Shown here: piece by piece, positions 10,101 through 22,094 of the stretch | Numbering within the stretch: the stretch's first letter is position 1 | Layout of the letters: each line of letters opens with the position of its first letter | Assembly: GCA_002269645.1 (NCBI GenBank) | Contig: NIVC01001541.1 | Location: 186,001 to 250,000 of the forward strand | Length of the DNA: 64,000 nucleotides | Source: Macrostomum lignano | Taxonomy: Eukaryota | Direction: 5' to 3' | Notes under the pieces: generated by a model | Seen by the model: the letters and a program-made list of their open reading frames with translations, nothing else | Told to the model about the DNA's origin: nothing | The model's database searches: none | Program-made: the position numbers and the translations under genes

Positions 10101-13100
10101 GAATCTACCTGGTGAGGCTGGGCGAGTTGGAACCGAACTTGTAGGAGATTGAGGATGCCTGATGGCAAATATGAATAACTAGTTTAGCAGAGTTTAACAA
10201 ACTTATGATGAAGCGGCTGGGTCATGCAGTTACGAACCAGCAGTGCTCAAAGTAAAGATCACTTAATGTTACCCCGAGAGGGGCAGTTCTTAAACTGTTT
10301 TCTAAGAATTTAGAAAAGCAAAAACAAAAAATATTTGGCCATCCTGTAGTCATAATTCTAGTACCTCAGATTGGCACGAATGTCCTTCCCCGAGCAGACC
10401 TACTCCAGGCTACAGCGAATCGACATCGGCCTGGAGCTGCGCAAGGCCGTCCGCTCGGATCCCGAGCTGCTGGGCTGTCCTCCGTCCTGCATGTACTGCA
10501 AGAGCCTCAGGACTTGGCTGGATAAAGAGGACTCCCCGATTGGTGAGGAGCGTCTGGGCGCTGTGAGATCCCCATCGTGTTGTCAAGGTGCTGTGAGATC
10601 CCCATCGTGTTGTCAAGGTGCTGTGAGATCCCCATCGTGTTGTCAAGGCGCTGTGAGATCCCCATCGTGTTGTCAAGGTGCTGTGAGATCCCCATCGTGT
10701 TGTCAAGGCGCTGTGAGATCCCCATCGTGTTGTCAAGGTGCTGTGAGATCCCCATCGTGTTTGCAATGTGCTGTGAGATCCCCATCGTGTTGTCAAGGCG
10801 CTGTGAGATCCCCATCGTGTTGTCAAGGCGCTGTGAGATCCCCATCGTGTTGTCAAGGCGCTGTGAGATCCCATCGTGTTGTCAAGGCGCTGTGAGATCC
10901 CCATCGTGTCGTCAAGGTGCTGTAAGATCCCCATCGTGTTGTCAAGGCGCTGTGAGATCCCATCGTGTTGTCAAGGTGCTGTGAGATCCCATCGTGTTGT
11001 CAAGGCGCTGCAGTCCCCTCTGTTGCCATGGTCTCAACCCCCTCCCGCATGTTCTCAAACACCCTGGCAGTGCTGGAGCACCTGCTGGAGTCGAACGTTT
11101 TTGCCGACGCCTTCGCCATGCACGACGCGCAGACGTCGGGACCGGCGAAGCGGCCGACGGGCGGCTGCGGCTGCCGCACCGGCGGCGGCGTCGTGGAGGA
11201 CGCCGACACGAAATCCGACAACGGCGGCGGCGATTCTCGCGACGGCTGGCGGCTCAACCTGGACCTGCGGTACCAGCTGAGCCGCTCGTGGGACTGCTGC
11301 TGTCGCTTCCAGCCTCTGCGCCTCATCCGGCTGTACTTTGGCGAGCGGCTGGCCTTCTACTATGCTTGGTTTGGCTACATCATCTGGTGCCTGCTGTTCC
11401 TCACGGCCATCGGCCTCTGCTTCTTCGTGTACGGACTGGCCAATGCGTGAGTGGACTGGGACTCGCTCGGGACTCGCTCGGGACTCGCTCGGGACTCGTT
11501 TGAGACCCCAGGGGATCAACAGTGGAAGCTAACATAGTGTCTCTGACTTTTATGTCCCTGGTTTCCCTGGTGACCCTGGTGTCCTAACTCCTTGGTGTCC
11601 TTGGTGTCCTTGGTGTCCCTGGTGTCCCTGGTGTCCCTGGTGTCCTTGGTGTTGTGTACTTGGTGTTGTGTCCTTGGTGTTGTGTACTTGGTGTTGTGTC
11701 CTTGGTGTCCCTGGTGTCCTTGGTGTCCTTGGTGTCCCTGGTGTCCCCTGGTGTCTCCGGTGTCCCTTGTGTGCCTGGTGTCCCTGGTGTCCTTGGCGTC
11801 CCTGGTGTCCCTGGTTTGCCTGGTGTCCCTGATATCGTCAGCAACCCCAGTGACCCGCAAAAATTACTGAAGGCTCACCTTGCTTCATATTGCAGATCGG
11901 TAAATTACAAAAATTCGTCCATCGAGTTTCTGAGCCAGCTCTCGGCGGTTCCGACCGACCCCTCCGTGTCCACAGCGTGAGTGGCGTTCGATTTTGGTAA
12001 CTGGGCGAAGCAGCCTTGCGTTTTTATTGGCTGCCTGCAGCTCAGGTCCGCAGCACATTTGCGTACCCATGGCCAGTGCGGATTGCCAATTCCCAATGCG
12101 CCATTACACCATCCCCAATACCCCATCCCAATACCCCATCGCTAATACCCCATGCCCAATACCCCATCGCTAATACCCCATCCCCAATAACCCATCGCTA
12201 ATACCCCATCCCCAATACCCCATCGCTAATACCACATCCCCAATACCCCATCCCCAATACCCCATCCCCAATACCCCATCCCCAACACCCCATCCCCAAT
12301 ACCCCATCGCCGATACCCTATCCCCAATACCCCATCCCCAATACCCCATCGCTAATACCCCATCCCCAATAACCCATCGCTAATACCCCATCCCCAATAC
12401 CCCATCGCCAATACCCCATCGCCGATACCCCATCGCTAATACCCCATCCCCAATACCCCATCCCCAACACCCGATCGCGATGCCCCATTGCTAATACCCC
12501 TTGTCTCAGCACGCAGCCTCAATGGCTCCGGTTTGTGCCCCTTTTCAGTTCTCTCTCTTTCCTTTCTCCTTCTCTCCCATCTCTCCCATATCTCCCATCA
12601 TACATTGCCCAAGTCAATCTCGACCGCTATCCAATTCAACCCGAACTCCCTTTCCAGCCTCTCCGTCTACGTGGTGGACCTGATGCAGTTCATCCTGCTG
12701 ACCTTCGAGAACCACCTCACGATCGTGTTCGGCTGCATCCTGACGGTGTGGAGCCTGCTCACCACCGAGGCCTGGAAGCGGTACGAGAGCAGCCTGAGCT
12801 ACCGCTGGGACGTGAATCACCACTACATCGCAGAGAACCGCCGGCCCGCCTACGTGCTGAGGAAGAGCCGCTGCCAGCCCGTGAGTGGATCTGCGGCAGT
12901 GCTCAGCTAATCCCCACAGCAGCTTGTAATCTCATTTTCATCCGGCTTTGCAGATATGGTGCACCCAGCAGACCACCAGGCGGAAGTGCATCGGGTTCTA
13001 CTCCTGCGTGCTGTCCTGTGTGAGCGGCTTGGGCTGGCTGCTGACTGGCTGCATCACATCGCATCACATCACATCACATCACATCACATCACATCACATC

Positions 13101-16100
13101 ACATCACATCACATCACATCACATCACATCGCATCACATCACATCACATCACATCACATCACATCACATCACATCACATCGCATCACATCACATCACATT
13201 ATGTCAAATGACACTAGAACACATCACATCACACCAAATTATATAATGTAAAGGACATTAGAATACATCACATCACATCACATCAAATTGCATTAGAATA
13301 CATTACATCAAACCACATTATATAACGGAAATTAGAATACTTCGCATCTAATCACATCACATTACGTCACAACACATATCACATCAAATGACATTAGAAC
13401 ACATCACATCACATCACATCAAATTACATTAAAATACATCACATCAAACCACATTATATAAAGGAAATTAGAATACATCGCATCATATCACATCACATCA
13501 CATTACGTCACAACACATATCACATCAAATGACATTAGAACACATCACTAAACTTCATGTCACATAACATCACACCAAATCACATTAAACGATATCAGAA
13601 CACATCCCACCACACCATAGCACATCACATCAAACCCTATATCGCCAGAGCACAACCGCTTTCTCAACCCACCGCCAGGTGATTCTGGTGTTCGCCATCA
13701 CGGTGGGCTTCCAGGTGGCCCGGCTGGTCGGTGACAGGTCCTACTGCACAGCCGAAACCTCCGCCTTCTCCTGCTTCATTGTTAGCACCGTGCTGCCCAT
13801 CACCGGCCAGGTCATCGTGATCTCCATTCTGGACTCGGTCAGTCCGGGCTGGGGATGGCGGGACAGAAAAGACCGAATGAAATTCTCATCTCACAGCAGG
13901 CGGATCACTTTGCGCACGCGCCTGACTCTCGCGCCACGAGCCCCGGTTCCATTTGGGGCGGGTGCGCACTAAAATTGGCCCAGGGGGATGTCGCACGATT
14001 TGCACCCGAGCCTCCCAAATCACAGAGAGTGTACATGCCTGACGATTAGAAAGCCAGGGCCACTGTACACCCTGTGTGAGCGTGCGCATGAGTGCTTGTC
14101 TGCGCACGCCCTAACCAGTATCCACAGAGCAGTACATTACAATACATAAAAGTACATTACAGTGCATTAAAAAAATATTACAGTACACTACAGTGCATTA
14201 CAGTACATTAGACTACATTACAGTACATTATCAGTACATTATATTACACTGCAGTACATTACAGTACATTATCAGTACATTATATTACACTGCAGTACAT
14301 TACAGTACATTATCAGTACATTATATTACACTGCAGTACATTACAGTACATTACAGTACAATACAGTACATTAAAAAACATTACAGTACACTACAGTGCA
14401 TTACAGTACATTATCACTACATTACAGTACATTATCACTACATTACAGTACATTATCACTACATTACAGTACATTATCACTACATTACAGTACACTACAG
14501 TACATTACAATACATTACAGTGCATTACAGTACATTACAGTACGTTATAGTGCATTGCAGTACATTAGAGTACATTATAGTACACTACAGTACATTACAG
14601 TACATTACAGTACATTACAGTACATTAGAATACATTACAGTACATTAGAATACATTTCAGTACATTAGAATACATTGTAGTACACTAGAGTACATTACAG
14701 TGCATTACAGTACATTAGAGTGCATTGCAGTACATTAGAATACATTACAGTACACTACAGTACATTACAGTACATTACAGTACATTACAGTACATTAGAA
14801 TACATTACAGTACATTAGAATACATTTCAGTACATTAGAATACATTGTAGTACACTAGAGTACATTACAGTGCATTACAGTACATTAGAGTGCATTGCAG
14901 TACATTAGAATACATTACAGTACACTAGAGTACATTATAGTACATTAGATGCATTGCAGTACATTACAGTACATTATCAGTACATTACAGTACATTAGAG
15001 TGCATTGCAGTACATTAGAATACATTACAGTACACTAGAGTACATTACAGTACGTTAGATGCATTGCAGTACATTAGAATACATTACAGTACATTAGAAT
15101 ACATTACAGTACACTAGAGTACATTACAGTACATTACAGTTCATTACAGTACATTAGAGTACATTACAGTACATTAGGGTACATTACAGTACATTAGAGT
15201 ACATTACAGTACATTAGGGTACATTACAGTACATTACAGTACAGCACCCGCGCGCTTGTATGTGCTCAGAAGTCAGCAGAATGAGCAGTTACTCCCTCAG
15301 CACTGGTTGTGCGGGACAATGTCGCCGATGCGTTGCGCCAGGGAGCCCGCAGCCCTCATAAGCGAGCATTTGTGTTTATTTTGATCAAAGAGTGAATCGC
15401 CTTTCACCTTGCAGCTGTACAGCGTGCTGGCCAAAGCGGTGACCAACTGGGGTGAGCAGTTTGTCAATTTTTTATCAGGGACGAGTTCGGTTCCAAGGAG
15501 GGAATAATACGCTAAGGAGACAGGAACTTTCCGTTTCTTCGGCGCAAAAGTATCCTGCCGTTAAATATGAATTTCTTCCATATATTATGAATATGAGTCT
15601 AGTTTCAAAAAAGCAAAAGCGAATAAACAATCTTTGAACTTTTGCAGAGTGTCACGAGTATCCGACAGACTATGACAACTCATTCGCCATCAAGGCCTTC
15701 GCCTTCCGCTTTGCCAACAACTATGCTCCACTGTTCTATATCGCCTTCGTGCGGCAGGTGAGGCCGGCTGCCGTAATGCCCTCCAGTGCCCACCTTCCAG
15801 TGCCCTCCCTCCAGTTGCCCTCCCTCCAGTGCCCTCCCTCCAGTGCCCTCCCTCCAGTGCCCTCCCTCCAGTGCCCACCCTCCAGTGCCCACCCTCCCGT
15901 GCCCTCCCTCCCGTGCCCTCCTCCAGTGCCCTCCCTCCAGTGCCCACCTTCCAGTGCCCTCCCTCCAGTGCCCACCTTCCAGTGCCCTCCCTCCAGTGCC
16001 CTCCCTCCAGTGCCCTCCCTCCAGTGCCCTCCCTCCAGTGCCCTCCCTCCAGTGCCCTCCCTCCAGTGCCCTCCTTCCAGTGCCCTCCCTCCAGTGCCCT

Positions 16101-19100
16101 CCCTCCAGTTGCCCTCCCTCCAGTGCCCTCCCTCCAGTGCCCACCTTCCAGTGCCCTCCCTCCAGTGCCCTCCCTCCAGTGCCCTCCCTCCAGTGCCCTC
16201 CCTCCAGTGCCCTCCCTCCAGTGCCCTCCCTCCAGTGCCCACCCTCCAGTGCCCACCCTCCCGTGCCCTCCCTCCAGTGCCCCAAGCCACTCCACTCAGC
16301 CTCAAACCACTCCACTCAGCCCCAAGCCACTCCACTCAGCCCCAAGCCACTCCACTCAGCCCCAAGCCACTCCACTCAGCCCTAAGCCACTCCACTCAAC
16401 CTAAACCACTCCACTCAGCCTCAAACCACTCCACTCAGCCTCAAACACTCCACTCAGCCTTAAACCACTCCACTCAGCCCCAAGCCACTCCACTCAACTC
16501 AAACTACTCCACTCAGCCCCAAGCCACTCCACTCAACTCAAACTACTCCACTCAGCCCCAAGCCACTCCACTCAGCCCCAAGCCACTCCACTCAGCCCCA
16601 AGCCACTCCACTCAACCTAAACCACTCCACTCAGCCTCAAACCACTCCACTCAGCCTCAAACACTCCACTCAGCCTTAAACCACTCCACTCAGCCTCAAG
16701 CCACTCCACTCAGCCTCAAACCACTCCACTCAGCCTCAAACACTCCAATCAGCCTCAAGCCACTCCACTCAGCCTCAAACACTCCACTCAGCCTTAAACC
16801 ACTCTACTCAGCCCCAAGCCACTCCACTCAACTCAAACTACTCCACTCAGCCCCAAGCCACTCCACTCAGCCCCAAGCCACTCCACTCAACCCAAACTAC
16901 TCCACTCAGCCCCAAGCCACTCCACTCAGCCCAAGCCACTCCACTCAACCTAAACCACTCCACTCAGCCTCAAACCACTCCACTCAGCCTCAAGCCACTC
17001 CACTCAGCCTTAAACCACTCCACTCAGCCTCAAGCCACTCCACTCAGCCTCAAACACTCCAATCAGCCTCAAGCCACTCCACTCAGCCCCAAGCCACTCC
17101 ACTCAACCTAAACCACTCCACTCAGCCTCAAACCACTCCACTCAGCCTCAAGCCACTCCACTCAGCCTCAAGCCACTCCACTCAGCCTCAAACCACTCTA
17201 CTCAGCCTCAAACACTCCAATCAGCCTCAAGCCACTCCACTCAGCCTCGAACACTCCACTCAGCCTTAAACCACTCTACTCAGCCCCAAGCCACTCCACT
17301 CAACTCAAACTACTCCACTCAGCCCCAAGCCACTCCACTCAGCCCCAAGCCACTCCACTCAGCCCCAAGCCACTCCACTCAGCCCCAAGCCACTCCACTC
17401 AACCCAAACTACTCCACTCAGCCCCAAGCCACTCCACTCAGCCCCAAGCCACTCCACTCAACCCAAACTACTCCACTCAGCCCCAAGCCACTCCACTCAA
17501 CCTAAACCACTCCACTCAGCCTCAAACCACTCCACCCAAGCCCCAAGCCACTCCATTTAGCCTCAAACCACTCCACTCAACCCAAACTACTCCACTCAAC
17601 CCAAACCCAACATCCAGGGCCGCATCAAAATCGGGAGCTTCAGCGATTCGTGCACCCTCGCCAACGCAACGATCGACTGCTTCAACCTGCTGAACATCAC
17701 CACCGCCGGCTACATGGTGGGCAAGTCGCTGCTCAAAAGCGGTGCCGACATCATGTGGCCGTGAGCAGAGAATTGCGCTTTTGTTTGGCTTGGGTTTTTA
17801 GATAGCAGCAGTCAAAGTTTTGTAGTGTTCATTGCTCTTGCGGTGCCGCTTTTATGGGTAGGAATTGATCGGGTTCTTGTAGACCCGCGACTTATGGACT
17901 GGTCTGTGACTCATGGACTGGTCTGTGGCTCATGGACTGGTCTCTGAGGTTCTTGGACTGGTCTCTGAGGTTCATGGACTGGTGTCTGAGGTTCTTGGAC
18001 TGGTGTCTGAGGTTCATGGACTGGTGTCTGAGGTTCTTGGACTGGTCTCTGAGGTTCATGGACTGGTCTCTGAGGTTTATGGACTGGTGTCTGAGGTTCT
18101 TGGACTGGTCTCTGAGGTTCATGGACTGGTCTCTGAGGTTCATGGACTGGTGTCTGAGGTTCATGGACTGGTCTCTGAGGTTCTTGGACTGGTCTCTGAG
18201 GTTCATGGACTGGTCTGTGGCTCATGAACTGGTCTCTGAGGTTCTTGGACTGGTCTCTGAGGTTCATGGACTGGTGTCTGAGGTTCTTGGACTGGTGTCT
18301 GAGGTTCTTGGACTGGTCTCTGAGGTTCATGGACTGGTCTCTGAGGTTCATGGACTGGTGTCTGAGGTTCATGGACTGGTCTCTGGCTCATGAACTGGTC
18401 TCTGAGGTTCATGGACTGGTCTCTGAGGTTCATGGACTGGTCTCTGAGGTTCTTGGACTGGTGTCTGAGGTTCTTGGACTGGTGTCTGAGGTTCATGGAC
18501 TGGTGTCTGAGGTTCATGGACTGGTGTCTGAGGTTCATGGACTGGTTTCTGAGGTTCATGGACTGGTCTGAGGTTCATGGACTGGTGTCTGAGGTTCATG
18601 GACTGGTCTGAGGTTCATGGACTGGTCTGTGGCTCATGGACTGGTCTGAGGTTCATGGACTGTGTCGCTTATGGTTTATCAACTACTTTTAATGTCGCTT
18701 ATGCTCATAAACGGCGTGGCAGATTTCAGGCATTTGCCCTGATCCCCTCAGCTACCTGAAGCGGTCAATGCTCACGGGCTGCACTCTCCGGGGGCTGCGC
18801 GGCTTCCTCAGAGCCTGCTGCCCCTGCATCAGGATGCTGGGCTACTCGGTGGAGCTGGAGATCCTGGCCGAGCTGGAGCGCAACCACATGGCCAAGCTCG
18901 GCGAGACCAGGCCGAGCGGCAAGCTGGCGTTCGCTGAGCAGCGGCACCTCGTCAAGTCCAAGGAGCAGGAGATGCTGCTGGACGAGTACCTGGAGAAGGT
19001 CATCCTGTACGGATTCATGACCGTGAGTTCGCGCTGAGCTTGGCAAGCAGTCAGGACCGTTCTGCTGATCCACAGGGACTCACAGGGTGCACAGCGGCCT

Positions 19101-21678
19101 TTGCCATTGACAAACATTCGTGCACTTTGTGTCTTGGAGTCTGGCCCTAATGGCTTCAAACCCGGGTCTCCAAACCCGGAGTCTCCAAACCCGGAGTCTC
19201 CAAACCCGGAGTCTCCAAACCCGGAGTCTCCAAACCCGGAGTCTCCAAACCCGGACTCTCCAAACCCGGACACTCGAACCCAACCTCTCGAACCCGGAGT
19301 CTCCAAACCCGGACCCTCCAAACCCGGACCCTCCAAACCCGGACCCTCCAAACCCGGACCCTCCAAACCCGGACCCTCCAAACCCGGACCCTCCAAACCC
19401 GGAGTCTCCAAACCCGGAGTCTCCAAACCCGGAATCTCCAAACTCGGACTCTCCAAACCCGGACTCTCCAAACCCGGAACCTCCAAACCCGGACACTCGA
19501 ACCCAACCTCTCGAACCCGGATTCTCCAAACCCGGAGTCTCCAAACCCGGAGTCTCCAAACCCGGACTCTCCAAACCCGGACTCTCCAAACCCGGAACCT
19601 CCAAACCCGGACACTCGAACCCAATCTCTCGAACCCGGATTCTCCAAACCCGGAGTCTCCAAACCCGGAGTCTCCAAACCCGGACTCTCCAAACGCGGAC
19701 TCTCCAAACGCGGACCCTCCAAACCCGGACTCTCCAAACCCGGACTCTCCAAACGCGGACTCTCCAAACCCGGACTCTCCAAACGCGGACTCTCCAAACC
19801 CGGACTCTCCAAACCCGGACTCTCCAAACCCGGACTCTCCAAACGCGGACTCTCCAAACCCGGACTCTCCAAACGCGGACTCTCCAAACCCGGACTCTCC
19901 AAACCCGGACTCTCCAAACGCGGACCCTCCAAACCCGGAGTCTCCAAACGCGGACTCTCCAAACGCGGACCCTCCAAACCCGGAGTCTCCAAACGCGGAC
20001 TCTCCAAACGCGGACCCTCCAAACCCGGAGTCTCCAAACGCGGACTCTCCAAATGCGGACCCTCCAAACCCGGAGTCTCCAAACGCGGACTCTCCAAACG
20101 CGGACTCTCCAAACGCGGACCCTCGAACCCAAATGCTAAAAGGCTGGAGTCGGACGCGTTAGCCATTGAAACAATTCATCGATTCACTGCACTCTACCAA
20201 GGCCACCAGTCCGCAACCAACACCGCACTAAAGGCACATCCTCTCTCTCAGCTCCATCTCGGTGTTTGGATCCCAACTTTGGTTCCCAAGTCCCTAACCG
20301 AAATGCCTGGGAGATTCTCGAATCCTCGCAGATGTTCGGCTCCGCCTTCTACTTGGCGCCCGCGGTGGCCCTCATCGCCATGGCAATCGACCTGCGGCTG
20401 GACTCGAAGCGGCTGCTGTTTCTGTACCGCAGGCCCGTGCCGCTGCCGGCTCCGGGCATCGGCGTCTGGAACTGGCTGCTCGACTTTCTCAGCTTCGCCG
20501 GCATCTTCACCACCGGGGCGATCTTGGCCTTCACGTCGCAAAGTCTCAGCATTTACGGCGTGGCCACAACGGACTCCAACAGGCTGATCTTCTTCATCGT
20601 CTTTGAGGTGATCGGAGCATCTTTGAGCCTTATCGATTGGTCCTAGAGTCCCTGAGTCCTAGACTCGCTGAGTCCTGGAGTCCCTGAGTCCTAGAGTCCC
20701 TGAGTCCTGGATTCCCTGGCTTCTAGAGTCCCAGAGTCCTAGAATGGCTGAGTCTTAGAGTCCCTCAGTCCTAGACTGGCTGAGTCTTAGAGTCCCTCAG
20801 TCCTAGACTCGCTGAGTCCTAGAGTCCCTGAGTCCTAGACTCGCTGAGTCCTAGAGTCCCTGAGTCCTGGAGTCCCTGAGTCCTAGACTCGCTGAGTCCT
20901 AGAGTCCCTGAGTCCTGGAGTCCCTGACTCCTAGAGTCCCTGAGTCCTGGAGTCCCTGACTCCTAGAGTCCCTGAGTCCTTTAGTCCCTGAGTCCTAGAC
21001 TGGCTGAGTCTTAGAGTCTCTGCGTGGTCTTACAGCTAATTGCATTCCACTATCAATATCTAATTGACTTTCAGAACGCCATGCTGGCCATCAAGTTTTT
21101 GCTGGTAATTTCCATCGGGGACATGCCTCGGAAGCTGAAGCTCTGTTTGAAATGGGTGAGTCTCAGGGTTTCTATGGAGTCAGTTTCAAGACTTCACTTA
21201 ATGATACGTCATTCTCCACACGCAGGAGTACTTCTATGTGAAGAAGATTCTCACGGATGACAAAGTCGAACCTGGAGTTCTCGCCAGCCTGCAGAAGTAC
21301 GTTGTTGGGAAGTACAGAGATCAGAGCGGGACTGGCTTGGGATCAGAGCGGGACTGGCTTGAGATCAGAGCGGGACTGGCTTGAGATCAGAGCGGGACTG
21401 GCTTGAGATCAGAGCGGGACTGGCTTGAGATCAGAGCGGGACTGGCTTGAGATCAGAGCGGGACTGGTTTGAGATCAGAGCGAGACTGGCTTGGGATCAG
21501 AGCGGGGCTGGCTTGGGATCAGAGCGGGACTGGCTTGGGATCAGAGAGACATCCCGAGCACCCTCCCGTCCTCCCGGCCCACAGGATGCAGGACAAGAAC
21601 CGGTGGTACCACGCGCTGTGCCCCTGCTGCGCCACGATCACGACCCCGAATCCGGAGGCCGGACCGCAGTTGGTGTAG
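7159..21678 (+). CDS. Anoctamin/TMEM16-like membrane protein, paralog 1 (16 exons, ~867 aa)
   Basis: Exons 7159-7467, 9037-9172, 10005-10111, 10398-10542, 11071-11446, 12658-12880, 12954-13019, 13679-13837, 15415-15451, 15648-15757, 17618-17760, 18752-19022, 20332-20607, 21075-21155, 21226-21296 and 21585-21678 sum to 2604 nt, open frame, all GT-AG. Family motifs: EAEFVKMEMPLK, QPLRLIRLYFGERLAFYYAW, WKRYESSLSYRWD, TNWECHEYPTDYDNSFAIKAFAFRFANNYAPLFYIAF, DEYLEKVILYGF, DLRLDSKRL..YRRPVP..APGIGVW. Confidence 0.93.
7486..8950. repeat. 31/29-bp minisatellite (CATTTGAGCTGTTCTCATATCTATTCTCTGA), anoctamin-1 intron 1
   Basis: About 47 units. Confidence 0.95.
9192..9965. repeat. 20-bp minisatellite (CACCCTGTCTAATACATGTA) grading into a 31-bp derivative, anoctamin-1 intron 2
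   Basis: Direct. The unit changes near 9600. Confidence 0.95.
10559..11010. repeat. 30-bp minisatellite (GCTGTGAGATCCCCATCGTGTTGTCAAGGT), anoctamin-1 intron 4
   Basis: About 15 units. Confidence 0.95.
11530..11830. repeat. 9-bp-based repeat (CCTTGGTGT/CCCTGGTGT), anoctamin-1 intron 5; a short 10-bp GGGACTCGCT array precedes it at ~11457-11497
   Basis: Direct. Confidence 0.9.
12105..12495. repeat. 14-bp C-rich minisatellite (AATACCCCATCCCC/AATACCCCATCGCT), anoctamin-1 intron 5
   Basis: Direct. Confidence 0.92.
13050..13640. repeat. (CACAT)n microsatellite, degenerating 3', anoctamin-1 intron 7
   Basis: Direct. Confidence 0.92.
13985..14100 (+). repeat. Copy of ~120-bp dispersed hairpin element (others at ~23285-23385 +, ~30265-30395 -, ~40262-40375 -)
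   Basis: All four copies share the core CAGAGA(G/A)TGTACATGYCYGAYGRTTAGWAAGYYAGG(G)CC(G/A)CYGTACACCC. Confidence 0.85.
14125..15243. repeat. 10-bp-based repeat (TACAGTACAT), anoctamin-1 intron 8
   Basis: Direct. Confidence 0.95.
15778..16280. repeat. 14-bp C-rich minisatellite (CCCTCCCTCCAGTG), anoctamin-1 intron 10
   Basis: Direct. Confidence 0.95.
16281..17610. repeat. 20-bp minisatellite (CCACTCCACTCAGCCCCAAG and variants), anoctamin-1 intron 10
   Basis: Direct. Runs to within ~10 nt of the acceptor at 17617. Confidence 0.95.
17893..18662. repeat. 21-bp minisatellite (GAGGTTCATGGACTGGTCTCT), anoctamin-1 intron 11
   Basis: Direct. Confidence 0.95.
19155..20132. repeat. 15-bp minisatellite (CTCCAAACCCGGACT), anoctamin-1 intron 12
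   Basis: Direct. Confidence 0.95.
20640..21020. repeat. 16-bp minisatellite (CCTAGAGTCCCTGAGT/CCTAGACTCGCTGAGT), anoctamin-1 intron 13
   Basis: Direct. Confidence 0.92.
21320..21548. repeat. 22-bp minisatellite (GATCAGAGCGGGACTGGCTTGA), anoctamin-1 intron 15
   Basis: About 10 units. Confidence 0.95.
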
Positions 21679-22094
21679 GCCGGGAGCCGGAAAAGCCGCG
21701 GAAATTCCATGGAAATACCGTCATCATGTACTGAAAAGACGGTCTGATATGAATGTAGAACCAGTGCCTTTGTTGAACAGAAACGGCAACAAATCGCATG
21801 CACTATTGGCTATTTTACGCGACAAACTTTCAGTTACAAACGCCTTGCTCAATCCAGTTATTAGTAGACTATACTAGGGTACTTTGAAACCGCTTCCTGC
21901 AAGTGTAATGCCAGTTCTCTTCCTGCGTTTTGCACCCTGCTCAAAAATTATAAATACTTTGCGATGCTGACTACAGATTATTTTTTATTTCTGACAATAA
22001 AGCGGCTCTTTTACACAGCTTTGCTAAACATCAATTCGCTTGGGATTAGAGCTGACTCGTATTTTACCGGGAATAGGGACACGGTCTGTGGGGT

